NCBI RefSeq assembly: GCF_000179635.2
Contig: NC_014833.1
Coordinates: 3,510,001 to 3,542,000 of the forward strand
Reading direction: 5' to 3'
DNA from: Ruminococcus albus 7 = DSM 20455
GTDB taxonomy: Bacteria > Bacillota > Clostridia > Oscillospirales > Ruminococcaceae
DNA length: 32,000 bases
Part shown: positions 8,193 through 16,698 of the stretch, in pieces
Layout: every line of letters begins with the position of its first letter
Position numbering within the stretch: position 1 is the stretch's first letter
Position numbers and translations under genes: made by a program
The notes under the pieces: model-generated
Database searches by the model: none
What the model was told of the DNA's origin: nothing
The model's input: the letters and a program-made list of their open reading frames with translations, nothing else

Positions 8193-10607
8193 ATGTTCAA
8201 AAGTAAACTAAAGCCGCCTGAGGGCAAAGAGAAAGAAAAATATCTTCTGCTTTTCATTATTGCCTTTGTGGGGATGATGGTGGGCTTTCTGCCTGCGATG
8301 ATACAGAACCACGGCATATTTATGTATTACGGTGACTTCAACTCACAGCAGCTGATGTTCTACAAGCACGCACAGCAGATGGTCAAGGAAGGAAACCTCG
8401 GCTGGGACTGGGGCACAGACCTTGGTTCGGGATTTGTCAGCACCTATTCATTCTACCTGCTGGGCTCGCCATTTTTCTGGCTGACCACCCTGTTCCCTGT
8501 AGGTTCAACGGTATACCTCATGCCGTGGCTCCTCGCCATAAAGACAGGTGTTGCAGGTGTATGCGCCTACGCTTACCTGCGCAGGTTCATCGAAAACAAG
8601 GACTGCGCTGTTATCGGCGGATTGCTGTACGCATTCTCGGGATTTCAGACATACAACATATTCTTCAACCACTTCCACGATGCGACCGCATTTTTCCCTC
8701 TCCTGCTGCTGGCATTTGAACTGCTGGTCCAGGAAAACAAAAAAGGCGCATTCGCTATAGCGGTGGCATTGACCGCGACAATAAGCTATTTCTTCTTTGT
8801 CAGCGCAGTGGTATTCACAGTTATATACTTCTTCCTCAGATGCATCGATAAGGATTTCAAGATCAGCATGAAAAAATTCATTTATCTCGGTGTTGAGGCT
8901 GTTATCGGTCTGGCTATGTCCTGTATCATACTGCTGCCCTCAGTGCTGATGGTAATGAACAACTACCGCGTAAACGAGCGCATGGTGGGTCTTGATTATA
9001 TCCTTTATAACGACAAAGCACGTATCGCAAGGATATTCCAGGCATTCTTCACCCTTTCGGATATGCCTGCAAGAGTAAATATATTCGATGTTGACAGCGC
9101 AAGGTGGGCTTCCCTCGCAGGATATCTGCCACTGTTCTCCATGTGCGGTGTCATCGCCTATATGCGCACACGCAAAAAGCGCGACTGGCTGGGCTGGTCA
9201 GTGATAGTATTCGTAATAATGGCTTGCGTGCCTATACTGAACTCAGCTTTCATGCTGTTCAATTCTTCCTACTATGCAAGATGGTACTATCACCCAATAC
9301 TGATATTCGCACTGATGACGGCAAAGGTACTGGAGGAAGACCCTGAGAAGCTGAAAAAGGGATTCCTGCCTACCACTATAGCCGGCATAGGTTTCCTTGC
9401 GGTAGGACTTCTGCCCAAGTACGAAGGCAAGGAAATAGTTTACGGCAAGCTGGCACAGTACCCTGAGCTTTACTATATCCAGATAGGTGTCACCGTCGGA
9501 ATGATAATCGCACTGGGTGCGCTTATATACTTTATCCCACGAGGCAGGAGATTCTCGACCATAGCTGTGATAATGACCGCCATCGCCTGCGTGATATGCA
9601 ACTCATCCGAGGTATGGTACGGTGTTAAACAGGGAAATGACAATGCAGACTACATCGAAAGAGCAATAAACGGCGGAAAGAATATCGACACCGCAAAGCT
9701 GGACGCCGAATTCTCCTACGGCGGAGAGGATTCCGATTTTTACCGTATAGATACATCCGAAAGCGTGGATAACTGGTGTATGTTCTGGGATCTTTCCTCT
9801 ATGAGATGCTTCCATAGCTGTGTTGACCCTGCTATAATGGATTTCTATGCAGAACTTGATCAGCAGAGAGATGTGGCTACACGTATAGAGCCCGAGTACT
9901 ATCCGCTGAGATCCCTTAATTCTGTAAGATACTACTTCGATGAGCTTTCAGATAAGCAGATAAAGGGTGAAGATGAGAACCCCAAGTCAGAAGCAGTACC
10001 TAAGCTGCTGGGCTTCACATATATGGATACCATGAACGGTTTCAATATCTACGAGAACCAGAACTATATCCCCATGGGCTTCGCCTTTGATTATTATACC
10101 GACGATGCCGCAGTCAAGGAGCAGGATAAGCTTGAAAAGACCATACTGCTCACCAAGGCGCTTGTGCTTGACAGCAATCAGGCTGCGGTATATTCCGACT
10201 ATATAAAGTACTACGATTTTGACGAAGACGAGCTCAACCACCACAACTATCTCAAAAACTGTGCCGAAAGAAAAGCGGAGAGCTGCTATTACTTCCGCCA
10301 TGATACCAACGGCTTCACAGGCAAGATAAAGCTTGAAGAACCTAAGCTGGTATACTTCAGCATCCCCTACGAAAAGGGCTGGTCAGCTAAGGTGAACGGC
10401 AAGGACGTCAAGGTAGAAAAAGTAAACTACGGCATGATGGCTGTACTTGTCCCCGAGGGCGACAGTGAGATAGTATTCAGCTACACCGCTGACGGTCAGA
10501 ACAAGGGCATAGCACTGACCATTTTCGGATTTGTGGCTCTTGTGGGATATCTGGTTTACCGCAGGTTCTTTGACAAGGACGAAAAGAAAGCTAAAACAGA
10601 AGGGTAA
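8193..10607 (+). CDS. YfhO-family polytopic membrane glycosyltransferase
   Basis: ~800 aa with many hydrophobic segments and a large C-terminal extracytoplasmic domain. The N-terminal 'FMYYGDFNSQQLMFY' and overall architecture are typical of YfhO. The start was moved from 8148 to the ATG at 8193, which is preceded by AAAGGAAAGGAAAA. Confidence 0.8.
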   Translation: MFKSKLKPPEGKEKEKYLLLFIIAFVGMMVGFLPAMIQNHGIFMYYGDFNSQQLMFYKHAQQMVKEGNLGWDWGTDLGSGFVSTYSFYLLGSPFFWLTTLFPVGSTVYLMPWLLAIKTGVAGVCAYAYLRRFIENKDCAVIGGLLYAFSGFQTYNIFFNHFHDATAFFPLLLLAFELLVQENKKGAFAIAVALTATISYFFFVSAVVFTVIYFFLRCIDKDFKISMKKFIYLGVEAVIGLAMSCIILLPSVLMVMNNYRVNERMVGLDYILYNDKARIARIFQAFFTLSDMPARVNIFDVDSARWASLAGYLPLFSMCGVIAYMRTRKKRDWLGWSVIVFVIMACVPILNSAFMLFNSSYYARWYYHPILIFALMTAKVLEEDPEKLKKGFLPTTIAGIGFLAVGLLPKYEGKEIVYGKLAQYPELYYIQIGVTVGMIIALGALIYFIPRGRRFSTIAVIMTAIACVICNSSEVWYGVKQGNDNADYIERAINGGKNIDTAKLDAEFSYGGEDSDFYRIDTSESVDNWCMFWDLSSMRCFHSCVDPAIMDFYAELDQQRDVATRIEPEYYPLRSLNSVRYYFDELSDKQIKGEDENPKSEAVPKLLGFTYMDTMNGFNIYENQNYIPMGFAFDYYTDDAAVKEQDKLEKTILLTKALVLDSNQAAVYSDYIKYYDFDEDELNHHNYLKNCAERKAESCYYFRHDTNGFTGKIKLEEPKLVYFSIPYEKGWSAKVNGKDVKVEKVNYGMMAVLVPEGDSEIVFSYTADGQNKGIALTIFGFVALVGYLVYRRFFDKDEKKAKTEG

Positions 10608-10624
10608 CACTTCGGGAGGCAGAT

Positions 10625-11170
10625 ATGTATCTAAATGAAAAAAAGCTCTCGTCAGAACAGCTTTTTGACGGCGTAGTCATAAAACTGTTCCGTGATGAGA
10701 TAGAGCTGGAAAACGGCGATAAAGGCATCCGCGAATTCATCAGGCACCCGGGCGGTGTCTGTGTGGCTGCCATTGATGATAATGAAGATATTTACATGGT
10801 GGAACAATTCCGCTATCCCTTCGGGAAAGCGCTGACCGAGGTCCCCGCAGGCAAGCTGGAATACGGCGAAGACCCCGAGGAATGCGGCAGACGCGAGCTG
10901 AAAGAAGAAGTCGGCGCGACTGCTGAAAGCTTTGAATACCTCGGATGCCTGTACCCTACTGTAGCGTATGACACCGAGATAATCCATATATTCCTTGCAA
11001 GAGGTCTGCATTTCGGCGAACAGCACCTTGATGACGGCGAGTTCCTTGATGTTAAAAAGGTACCACTGAAAGAGGCTTACCGCATGGTAATGGAAAACAA
11101 ACTCTGCGATGCCAAAACTCAGATAACTGTACTGAAAACATATTTTAAACTTCACGGCGGTGATATCTGA
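10625..11170 (+). CDS. Nudix hydrolase, ADP-ribose pyrophosphatase-like
   Basis: Nudix box 'GKLEYGEDPEECGRRELKEEVG'. The size and N-terminal beta domain match NudF/YqkG-type enzymes. SD GGGAGG lies upstream. Confidence 0.85.
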   Translation: MYLNEKKLSSEQLFDGVVIKLFRDEIELENGDKGIREFIRHPGGVCVAAIDDNEDIYMVEQFRYPFGKALTEVPAGKLEYGEDPEECGRRELKEEVGATAESFEYLGCLYPTVAYDTEIIHIFLARGLHFGEQHLDDGEFLDVKKVPLKEAYRMVMENKLCDAKTQITVLKTYFKLHGGDI

Positions 11171-11172
11171 TA

Positions 11173-12384
11173 ATGGGAAAGAAAACCAATAAAAAAGCAA
11201 AGAACCGTACTCTGCCGAAGACGGGGCACCTGATAACTGCAGGCGTATTCCTGGTGCTGGTATTCGGTATGGCATCGGCGGGCATAATAAGCCCTGACAG
11301 AAAATTCTCTGAAATGGAGAACCGTTCGCTGCAGCAAGCCCCCGAATTCTCTTTTGAGAGGCTCAAAAAAGGCGACTTCACCAAGGATATAGAAAACTAT
11401 ATGTCCGATCAGATATTTATGAAGGATCAGCTTGTAACATTAAAGACCGCTGCTGATGCTTCCCTCGGTAAAAACTTCATGAACGGCGTATATCTGGCAG
11501 ATGACAGCTTCTATATTCAGGATTACCATGAGGACAGGGCAAGGGTGGATATGAACATCGGATTCCTGAACAGCTTCGCAGAGGGGCTTGACAGCGATAT
11601 ACCCGTGACTTTCCTGCTGGTGCCGAACGCTTCCTGTGTGCTGAAAGACAAACTTCCCGCAGTGAACAAGTGCGGAGATCAGCATGAAACAGCCGAGCAT
11701 ATACGCGAAACACTCTCGGACAGGATAGACTTTGCCTATCCCGAAGAAGCCCTGAGAAACGGAGGTGACAGCTGCTATTACCGCACTGATCATCACTGGA
11801 CTTCACAAGGTGCTGAACTGGGATATTCAGTGCTAAGACAGATAATGGATCTGCCTGCAGCAAAGGGGTATGAAAAGACTACCCGACAGCTTACGGACTT
11901 TTACGGCACACTGTACTCAAAAGCACCTGCGGCATGGGCAAAAAGCGATACCATCGACCTCGTTTCATACGAGGGCAACGATATCACCGTAAAGTATGTA
12001 TCCCGAGGCGGTGATCACGAAATTCCTGCGGAGTGTACAGAAATAAACGGTATACCTACCAAACAGGGACTGTTCGTAAAAGCTCCCGAAACCACCAAAG
12101 ACAAGTACGCTTCAATAATGGGCGGTAACTTCGCGCTCTGCGAACTGGAAACAAACGGCGCGTCCGATGAAAAGGTGCTGCTGCTGAAAGACAGCTACGC
12201 CAATGCCGTTCTTCCCGAACTTTGTGCGCAGTTCAAACACATCAGCATGATAGACCTGAGGTACTACCACTTTGAAGAAGAAACTGTATCGGAATACGTA
12301 AAAAGCCATGATATCAACAGAGTGATATACATCTACAATATCGATTTTATAAATTCCGACAGCAACTTCGGATATCTTGAATAA
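11173..12384 (+). CDS. DHHW-motif family protein (AlgX/AlgJ-like SGNH fold), N-terminal membrane anchor
   Basis: 'YYRTDHHWTSQGA' is the signature motif. There is an N-terminal TM segment 'LITAGVFLVLVFGMASAGI'. The start lies 2 nt after the Nudix stop. Confidence 0.8.
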   Translation: MGKKTNKKAKNRTLPKTGHLITAGVFLVLVFGMASAGIISPDRKFSEMENRSLQQAPEFSFERLKKGDFTKDIENYMSDQIFMKDQLVTLKTAADASLGKNFMNGVYLADDSFYIQDYHEDRARVDMNIGFLNSFAEGLDSDIPVTFLLVPNASCVLKDKLPAVNKCGDQHETAEHIRETLSDRIDFAYPEEALRNGGDSCYYRTDHHWTSQGAELGYSVLRQIMDLPAAKGYEKTTRQLTDFYGTLYSKAPAAWAKSDTIDLVSYEGNDITVKYVSRGGDHEIPAECTEINGIPTKQGLFVKAPETTKDKYASIMGGNFALCELETNGASDEKVLLLKDSYANAVLPELCAQFKHISMIDLRYYHFEEETVSEYVKSHDINRVIYIYNIDFINSDSNFGYLE

Positions 12385-12477
12385 TAAAAAGTCTGACACC
12401 CTTAAGGCGGGTACCCATAGAGAATAATTATGGTAACTACTGGAGGAAACCTTTCTGAAGAAAAGTTATCCCCCGAA

Positions 12478-12525
12478 CCCCCTTCAAAAGACTTTTAACT
12501 CTTTTGGGCAGGGGGTAGTTTTTTT
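12478..12525 (+). terminator. Candidate terminator of the YfhO-Nudix-DHHW operon
   Basis: Two-part stem CCCCC 12478-12482 / GGGGG 12511-12515 and CAAAAG 12485-12490 / CTTTTG 12501-12506, followed by TAG plus T7 (12519-12525). Confidence 0.5.
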
Positions 12526-12542
12526 ATAAAGACAGAAAAAGA

Positions 12543-12580
12543 CAGGGGGTAGCTATGTTTGCAAACATAGCTACCCCCTG
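12543..12580 (-). terminator. Perfect 38-bp palindrome, candidate terminator of the symporter gene
   Basis: CAGGGGGTAGCTATGTTTG (12543-12561) is the exact reverse complement of CAAACATAGCTACCCCCTG (12562-12580). On the minus strand it is followed by TCTTTTTCTGTCTTTAT. Confidence 0.6.
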
Positions 12581-12712
12581 CCCAAAAGAAATAGAAGTTT
12601 TCGGAAAGGGGTTTGGGGAATAACCCTTTTTCAAAAGGGTTTTCCCCAATAGATAACATAAAACTTCCGTATGAGTACTGCCCTTATGGGTGCAGACTTT
12701 TATTTTAATGAA

Positions 12713-14140
12713 CTATGCAGCTTTGCGTTTATCTTCCTTCAGCCGTCTGAAATAGTCTTTTGTTTCAGAACGCACCGTTCCTGAAAGGCAGACCAGTGCC
12801 ACTATGTTCGGCAGTGCCATAAGACCGTTGAATATATCAGCGAGATTCCATACTGCTTCTACAGTAAGGTAAGGACCAATAAAGACAAATGCTATGTAGA
12901 TGTATCTGTACACTGATGTTATTTTCTTGTTTGAACCGGTAAGATACGAAAGACATCGTTCGGAATAGTAATTCCAGCCGAGGATAGTTGTGAATGCGAA
13001 CACAGCCAGACAGCACATCAGCATAAACGAAGATACTCTTTCGGGGAAAGGCAGACCACATTTGAAAGCGTCTGTGGTAACAGCAACGCCCTCAAGACCT
13101 TTTTCGTGGCTGCCTGCCATAACGATGGAAAGTCCTGTCATGGTGCAGACCAGTATAGTATCAATGAATGTACCTGTCATTGTCACAAGACCCTGACGCA
13201 CAGGTTCATTCGTCCTTGCAGCAGCTGCTGCGATAGGTGCTGAACCAAGACCAGCTTCATTCGAGAAGATACCTCTTGCAACACCGTTGCGCATGGACAA
13301 CTTCATTACCGCAAAGCCCGTCAGACCGCCCGCAAGAGGTCTTGCGCCGAATGCACCTTTTACTATCTGCATAACTGCATCGGGTATCTCACCAAGATGT
13401 GTGAAAATGATGATCAGACAACTTCCGACGTATATGAGTATCATCGCAGGGACTACGATCTCGGATACAGTAGCTATCCTCTTTATACCGCCGATGATTA
13501 TCAGCGCAGCGAGAACTGTTATTATTATGCCCGCTATGATAGTCGTATAGGTGTAATCCGCACCGAAGATGTTCACGGTACGTTGTGCGATCTCGTTATG
13601 GAAGAATCCGTTGGCGGCTGAGGTAATGCCGTTTATCTGGGTTATAGTACCTATTCCCATAAGTCCTGCGAGGACACCGAACAGCGCAAAGGTTTTTCCC
13701 AGCCATTTCCATTTTTGACCCATGCCGCCTTCAATGTAGTAGAAAGGGCCGCCGAGAATATTGCCATTTTTATCCTTGCGGCGGTACTTTATCGCCAGCA
13801 GACCTTCGGCGTACTTTGTAGCCATGCCGAGGAATGCAGCTATCTCCATCCACAAAAGCGCACCGGGTCCGCCTGCACATAGTGCTGTTGCAACACCTAC
13901 GATATTTCCTGTTCCCACCGTCGCGGAAAGTGCAGTACACAGCGCCTGAAATCCCGATACCTCACCGCTGCCGCTTTCTTCGTCCTTGAACATATACTTC
14001 AGCGCCAGACCCAGCTTGCGCACCTGAAGAAGTCCCACGCGGACAGTCAGCAGCAGTCCGCAGAACAATATCATGACAATAAGCGGTATACCCCAGACGC
14101 AGTCATCTATCTCATGTACGATCTCGTTGAATTTTTCCAT
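12713..14140 (-). CDS. Alanine/glycine:cation symporter (AGCS family)
   Basis: 475 aa, polytopic. 'GTGNIVGVATALCAGGPGALLWMEIAAFLGMATKYAE' and 'GIFSNEAGLGSAPIAAAAA' are AGCS signatures. Confidence 0.9.
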   Translation of the reverse strand: MEKFNEIVHEIDDCVWGIPLIVMILFCGLLLTVRVGLLQVRKLGLALKYMFKDEESGSGEVSGFQALCTALSATVGTGNIVGVATALCAGGPGALLWMEIAAFLGMATKYAEGLLAIKYRRKDKNGNILGGPFYYIEGGMGQKWKWLGKTFALFGVLAGLMGIGTITQINGITSAANGFFHNEIAQRTVNIFGADYTYTTIIAGIIITVLAALIIIGGIKRIATVSEIVVPAMILIYVGSCLIIIFTHLGEIPDAVMQIVKGAFGARPLAGGLTGFAVMKLSMRNGVARGIFSNEAGLGSAPIAAAAARTNEPVRQGLVTMTGTFIDTILVCTMTGLSIVMAGSHEKGLEGVAVTTDAFKCGLPFPERVSSFMLMCCLAVFAFTTILGWNYYSERCLSYLTGSNKKITSVYRYIYIAFVFIGPYLTVEAVWNLADIFNGLMALPNIVALVCLSGTVRSETKDYFRRLKEDKRKAA

Positions 14141-14200
14141 AATGATCCCCTATCTTATCCCAAATACATGACCGTCGGTCACTACAGATATTATAAATAT

Positions 14201-14221
14201 CCCCCCGCTGTAAGCGAGGGG
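14201..14221 (-). terminator. Candidate terminator of fabD
   Basis: On the minus-strand RNA, CCCCUCGC / GCGGGGGG (one G-U pair) with a 5-nt loop, followed by AUAUUUAUAAU. It lies 10 nt after the fabD stop. Confidence 0.5.
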
Positions 14222-14230
14222 AAGATGATC

Positions 14231-15157
14231 TTAACCGTTCAGGCTTTCAAGCGCCTTAGCCAGAGTAGCTTCGTTCTCGATATTTACAGCATTTTTGCCT
14301 TTGAGAGTCTTCTTAACAAGACCTGTCAGCACCTTGTTGGGTCCCAGCTCGATGAAGTTCTCATATCCTGCATTTTCCATCTCGGCAAGTTCGGAGGTGA
14401 ACTTAACGGGCGAAACGATATGCTTTGCCAGAAGCTCGGGCATATTGGAGAAATCAGTGAGCTTAGTGCCGAGTACGTTGGAATAGAACTCTTTTTCTGC
14501 AGGCTTGAAAGTGATCTCCTTCGCTGCAGTGAGGAATTCATCGGCAGCAGGCTGCATCAACTTTGAGTGGAAAGCACTTGCAACATTGAGCTTTACAGCC
14601 CTCTTCTTCATTTCTGCAAACTTAGCGGCTGCAGCATCACAAGCAGCTGTTTCACCTGCGATAACTGTCTGTGCGGAGGAGTTATAGTTTACGGGTACTA
14701 CATAGCCCTCAGTCTCCTCGCAAACCTTCTCGACTTCTGCTGCATCAAGACCGATGATAGCGTACATCGCACCGTCTGCGCTCTCAGCAGCCTTCTGCAT
14801 AGCGGAAGCCCTTGCCTTTATCAGCCTGAAGCCGTCCTCTATGGTGACTACACCTGCTGCAACCATAGCTGCATATTCTCCCAGAGAATGACCTGCAACG
14901 CCGTCAAAGGTGATACCCTCTGCTTTTGCAGCTTCAAAGGCTGCAAGTGAGCAAGCCATTATAGCAGGCTGAGAATTCACGGTCTTGTTGAGCTCCTCAT
15001 CGGGGCCGTTGAAAGCAATATCAGCTATATCGTAGCCCAGAACTTCATTTGCCTTATCAAATACTGCCTTTGCAGCAGGGTACTTATCACAAAGTTCCTT
15101 TGCCATACCTGTGTACTGTGAGCCCTGTCCGGAAAATAAAAATACGTTCTTTGCCAT
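14231..15157 (-). CDS. fabD: Malonyl-CoA:ACP transacylase
   Basis: 'FLFSGQGSQYTGM' and the active-site 'GHSLGEYAA'. SD AGGAGGA lies 7 nt upstream. It is transcribed divergently from the rest of the fab cluster. Confidence 0.95.
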   Translation of the reverse strand: MAKNVFLFSGQGSQYTGMAKELCDKYPAAKAVFDKANEVLGYDIADIAFNGPDEELNKTVNSQPAIMACSLAAFEAAKAEGITFDGVAGHSLGEYAAMVAAGVVTIEDGFRLIKARASAMQKAAESADGAMYAIIGLDAAEVEKVCEETEGYVVPVNYNSSAQTVIAGETAACDAAAAKFAEMKKRAVKLNVASAFHSKLMQPAADEFLTAAKEITFKPAEKEFYSNVLGTKLTDFSNMPELLAKHIVSPVKFTSELAEMENAGYENFIELGPNKVLTGLVKKTLKGKNAVNIENEATLAKALESLNG

Positions 15158-15261
15158 AATTGTTCCTCCTGAATATTTTATATTATATGTTCTTATGCTG
15201 TACTATTATCAATTATGTTTTATAGTCACAGCGTATAATTTACAACGCGCTGAATTGTGCG

Positions 15262-15289
15262 AAGTTACTTTGGTTAACCAATTTAACTT
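15262..15289. promoter_or_regulatory. 28-bp imperfect palindrome, candidate operator in the fabD-fabH control region
   Basis: AAGTTACTTTGGTTAACCAATTTAACTT: 12 of 14 arm positions are self-complementary, with a perfect 12-bp core TTGGTTAACCAA at 15270-15281. Confidence 0.4.
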
Positions 15290-15397
15290 TTGCAAATAAA
15301 TTTCAAAATCGGTCACAAAATATTAACTAATCCCCGAGATTCTATGAAAAATTCCTTGAATTTTCAGAAAGCGACGTGGTTGTTCATAATTTGTTAA

Positions 15398-15426
15398 TTG
15401 AATTGCCAGACAAAAAAGGTTATAAT
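15398..15426 (+). promoter_or_regulatory. sigma-A type promoter for the fabH operon
   Basis: TTGAAT 15398-15403, 17-nt spacer, TATAAT 15421-15426. This implies a ~250-nt leader before fabH. Confidence 0.55.
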
Positions 15427-15684
15427 TGAAAGGTAGGCTGTTCAAAAGGGGTATTCTATCCTCACAACAGTACTGAAATATAATTATAGCATAGTTTCAA
15501 CTATAATGCAAGGCTTTTATATTTTTTTATCACAGATCACGGAATATTCAAAATAACAATGTATAACAAATGATGCCGGATGATTCCGACACGATCAGGC
15601 ATAATAATCGTCTGAGGCACAGTCCTCAGCTGACATAGATTTACCCGAAGGATCGGAACAGTAGTAGCAAGGAGGATATTTAAA

Positions 15685-16698
15685 TTGTCACAGGAAAAAA
15701 AGGTAACGGGAGTAAAGGTGCTGGGCATAGGCAAGTATGTGCCAGAGATGATCGCAGATAACGAGGATTTCGCAAAGATAGTGGATACCAGCGATGAGTG
15801 GATAACTCAGCGCACGGGCATAAAGACACGCCACATCACAAACGGTGAGCCTACCTACTGGATAGGCGCAAGGGCTGCGGAAAAAGCTCTGGAGGACGCA
15901 GGTCTTAAAGCGGAGGACATTGATCTTATCATCTGCTGCACTGTTACTCCCGATTATTATACCCCCTCCACTGCCTGCCTTATACAGCGCGAAATTGGTG
16001 CTATAGGCTGTATGGCTATGGATATCAACTGTGCCTGCACAGGTTTTGATTACGGTCTGGATATGGCAAGAAGATATCTTGTGGCTGAGGACGATGTTAA
16101 CAGGGTGCTGCTGGTATCGGCTGAGGAGCTTTCAAAGTTCACAGATTATACCGACCGTTCAAGCTGCATACTCTTCGGTGACGGCGCTGCGGCTTTCGTA
16201 CTGGAGAGAAAGCCCGATACCCTGTGGTCTTCCTTCCTGGGAGCTGACGGTAACGGTGCAAAGTTCCTGGTATCAAGGGCTATGAAGTCTGAGAACGTAT
16301 TCCGCAAGAATAAGGAAGACTTCGATATGGGTATGCCCGAGACCAAACTGCACTACTTCACTCAGGACGGCAAGGAAGTATACAAATTCGCAACGAAGGC
16401 TCTGCCAATGGCAGTATCCAAGGCTTGCGAAAAGGCAGGCATCACACCCGATGAACTTGATGCCATAGTACCACATCAGGCAAATGTCCGCATAATAGAA
16501 ACTGCCGCAAAGAACCTCGGCGTATCTATGGATAAAATGGTGGTATACATAGACCGCTACGGCAACACTTCTTCGGCATCTATACCGATAGCTTTCTGTG
16601 ATGCGGTGGCAGAGGGCCGCATAAAGCGCGGCGACAAGATATGCTTCGTAGGCTTCGGCGGAGGTCTGACCTACGCCGGTATAATATTCGAGTACTGA
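15685..16698 (+). CDS. fabH: 3-oxoacyl-ACP synthase III
   Basis: TTG start with AAGGAGGA 8 nt upstream. 'VDTSDEWITQRTGIKTRH', the Cys in 'NCACTGFDYGL', the His in 'PHQANVRII' and the Asn in 'YGNTSSASIP'. Confidence 0.95.
   Translation: MSQEKKVTGVKVLGIGKYVPEMIADNEDFAKIVDTSDEWITQRTGIKTRHITNGEPTYWIGARAAEKALEDAGLKAEDIDLIICCTVTPDYYTPSTACLIQREIGAIGCMAMDINCACTGFDYGLDMARRYLVAEDDVNRVLLVSAEELSKFTDYTDRSSCILFGDGAAAFVLERKPDTLWSSFLGADGNGAKFLVSRAMKSENVFRKNKEDFDMGMPETKLHYFTQDGKEVYKFATKALPMAVSKACEKAGITPDELDAIVPHQANVRIIETAAKNLGVSMDKMVVYIDRYGNTSSASIPIAFCDAVAEGRIKRGDKICFVGFGGGLTYAGIIFEY

Larger units (their letters stand above)
12387..12701. repeat. Long imperfect inverted repeat filling the whole convergent intergenic region
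   Basis: The left arm (12387-~12518) and the reverse complement of the right arm (~12571-12701) align along their length. Outer ends are AAAAGTCTGACACCC 12387-12401 and GGGTGCAGACTTTT 12688-12701. There is a perfect 18-bp match at 12501-12518 / 12571-12588, and the centre is a perfect 38-bp palindrome. Confidence 0.8.

Noticed and set aside
14141-14230. Possible glycine riboswitch or operator upstream of the alanine/glycine symporter, including a perfect 13-bp palindrome TGACCGTCGGTCA at 14169-14181
   Set aside because: The whole leader is under 90 nt and is partly occupied by the fabD terminator, which is too short for a glycine riboswitch. Palindromes with 6-bp arms are expected several times by chance in 32 kb.
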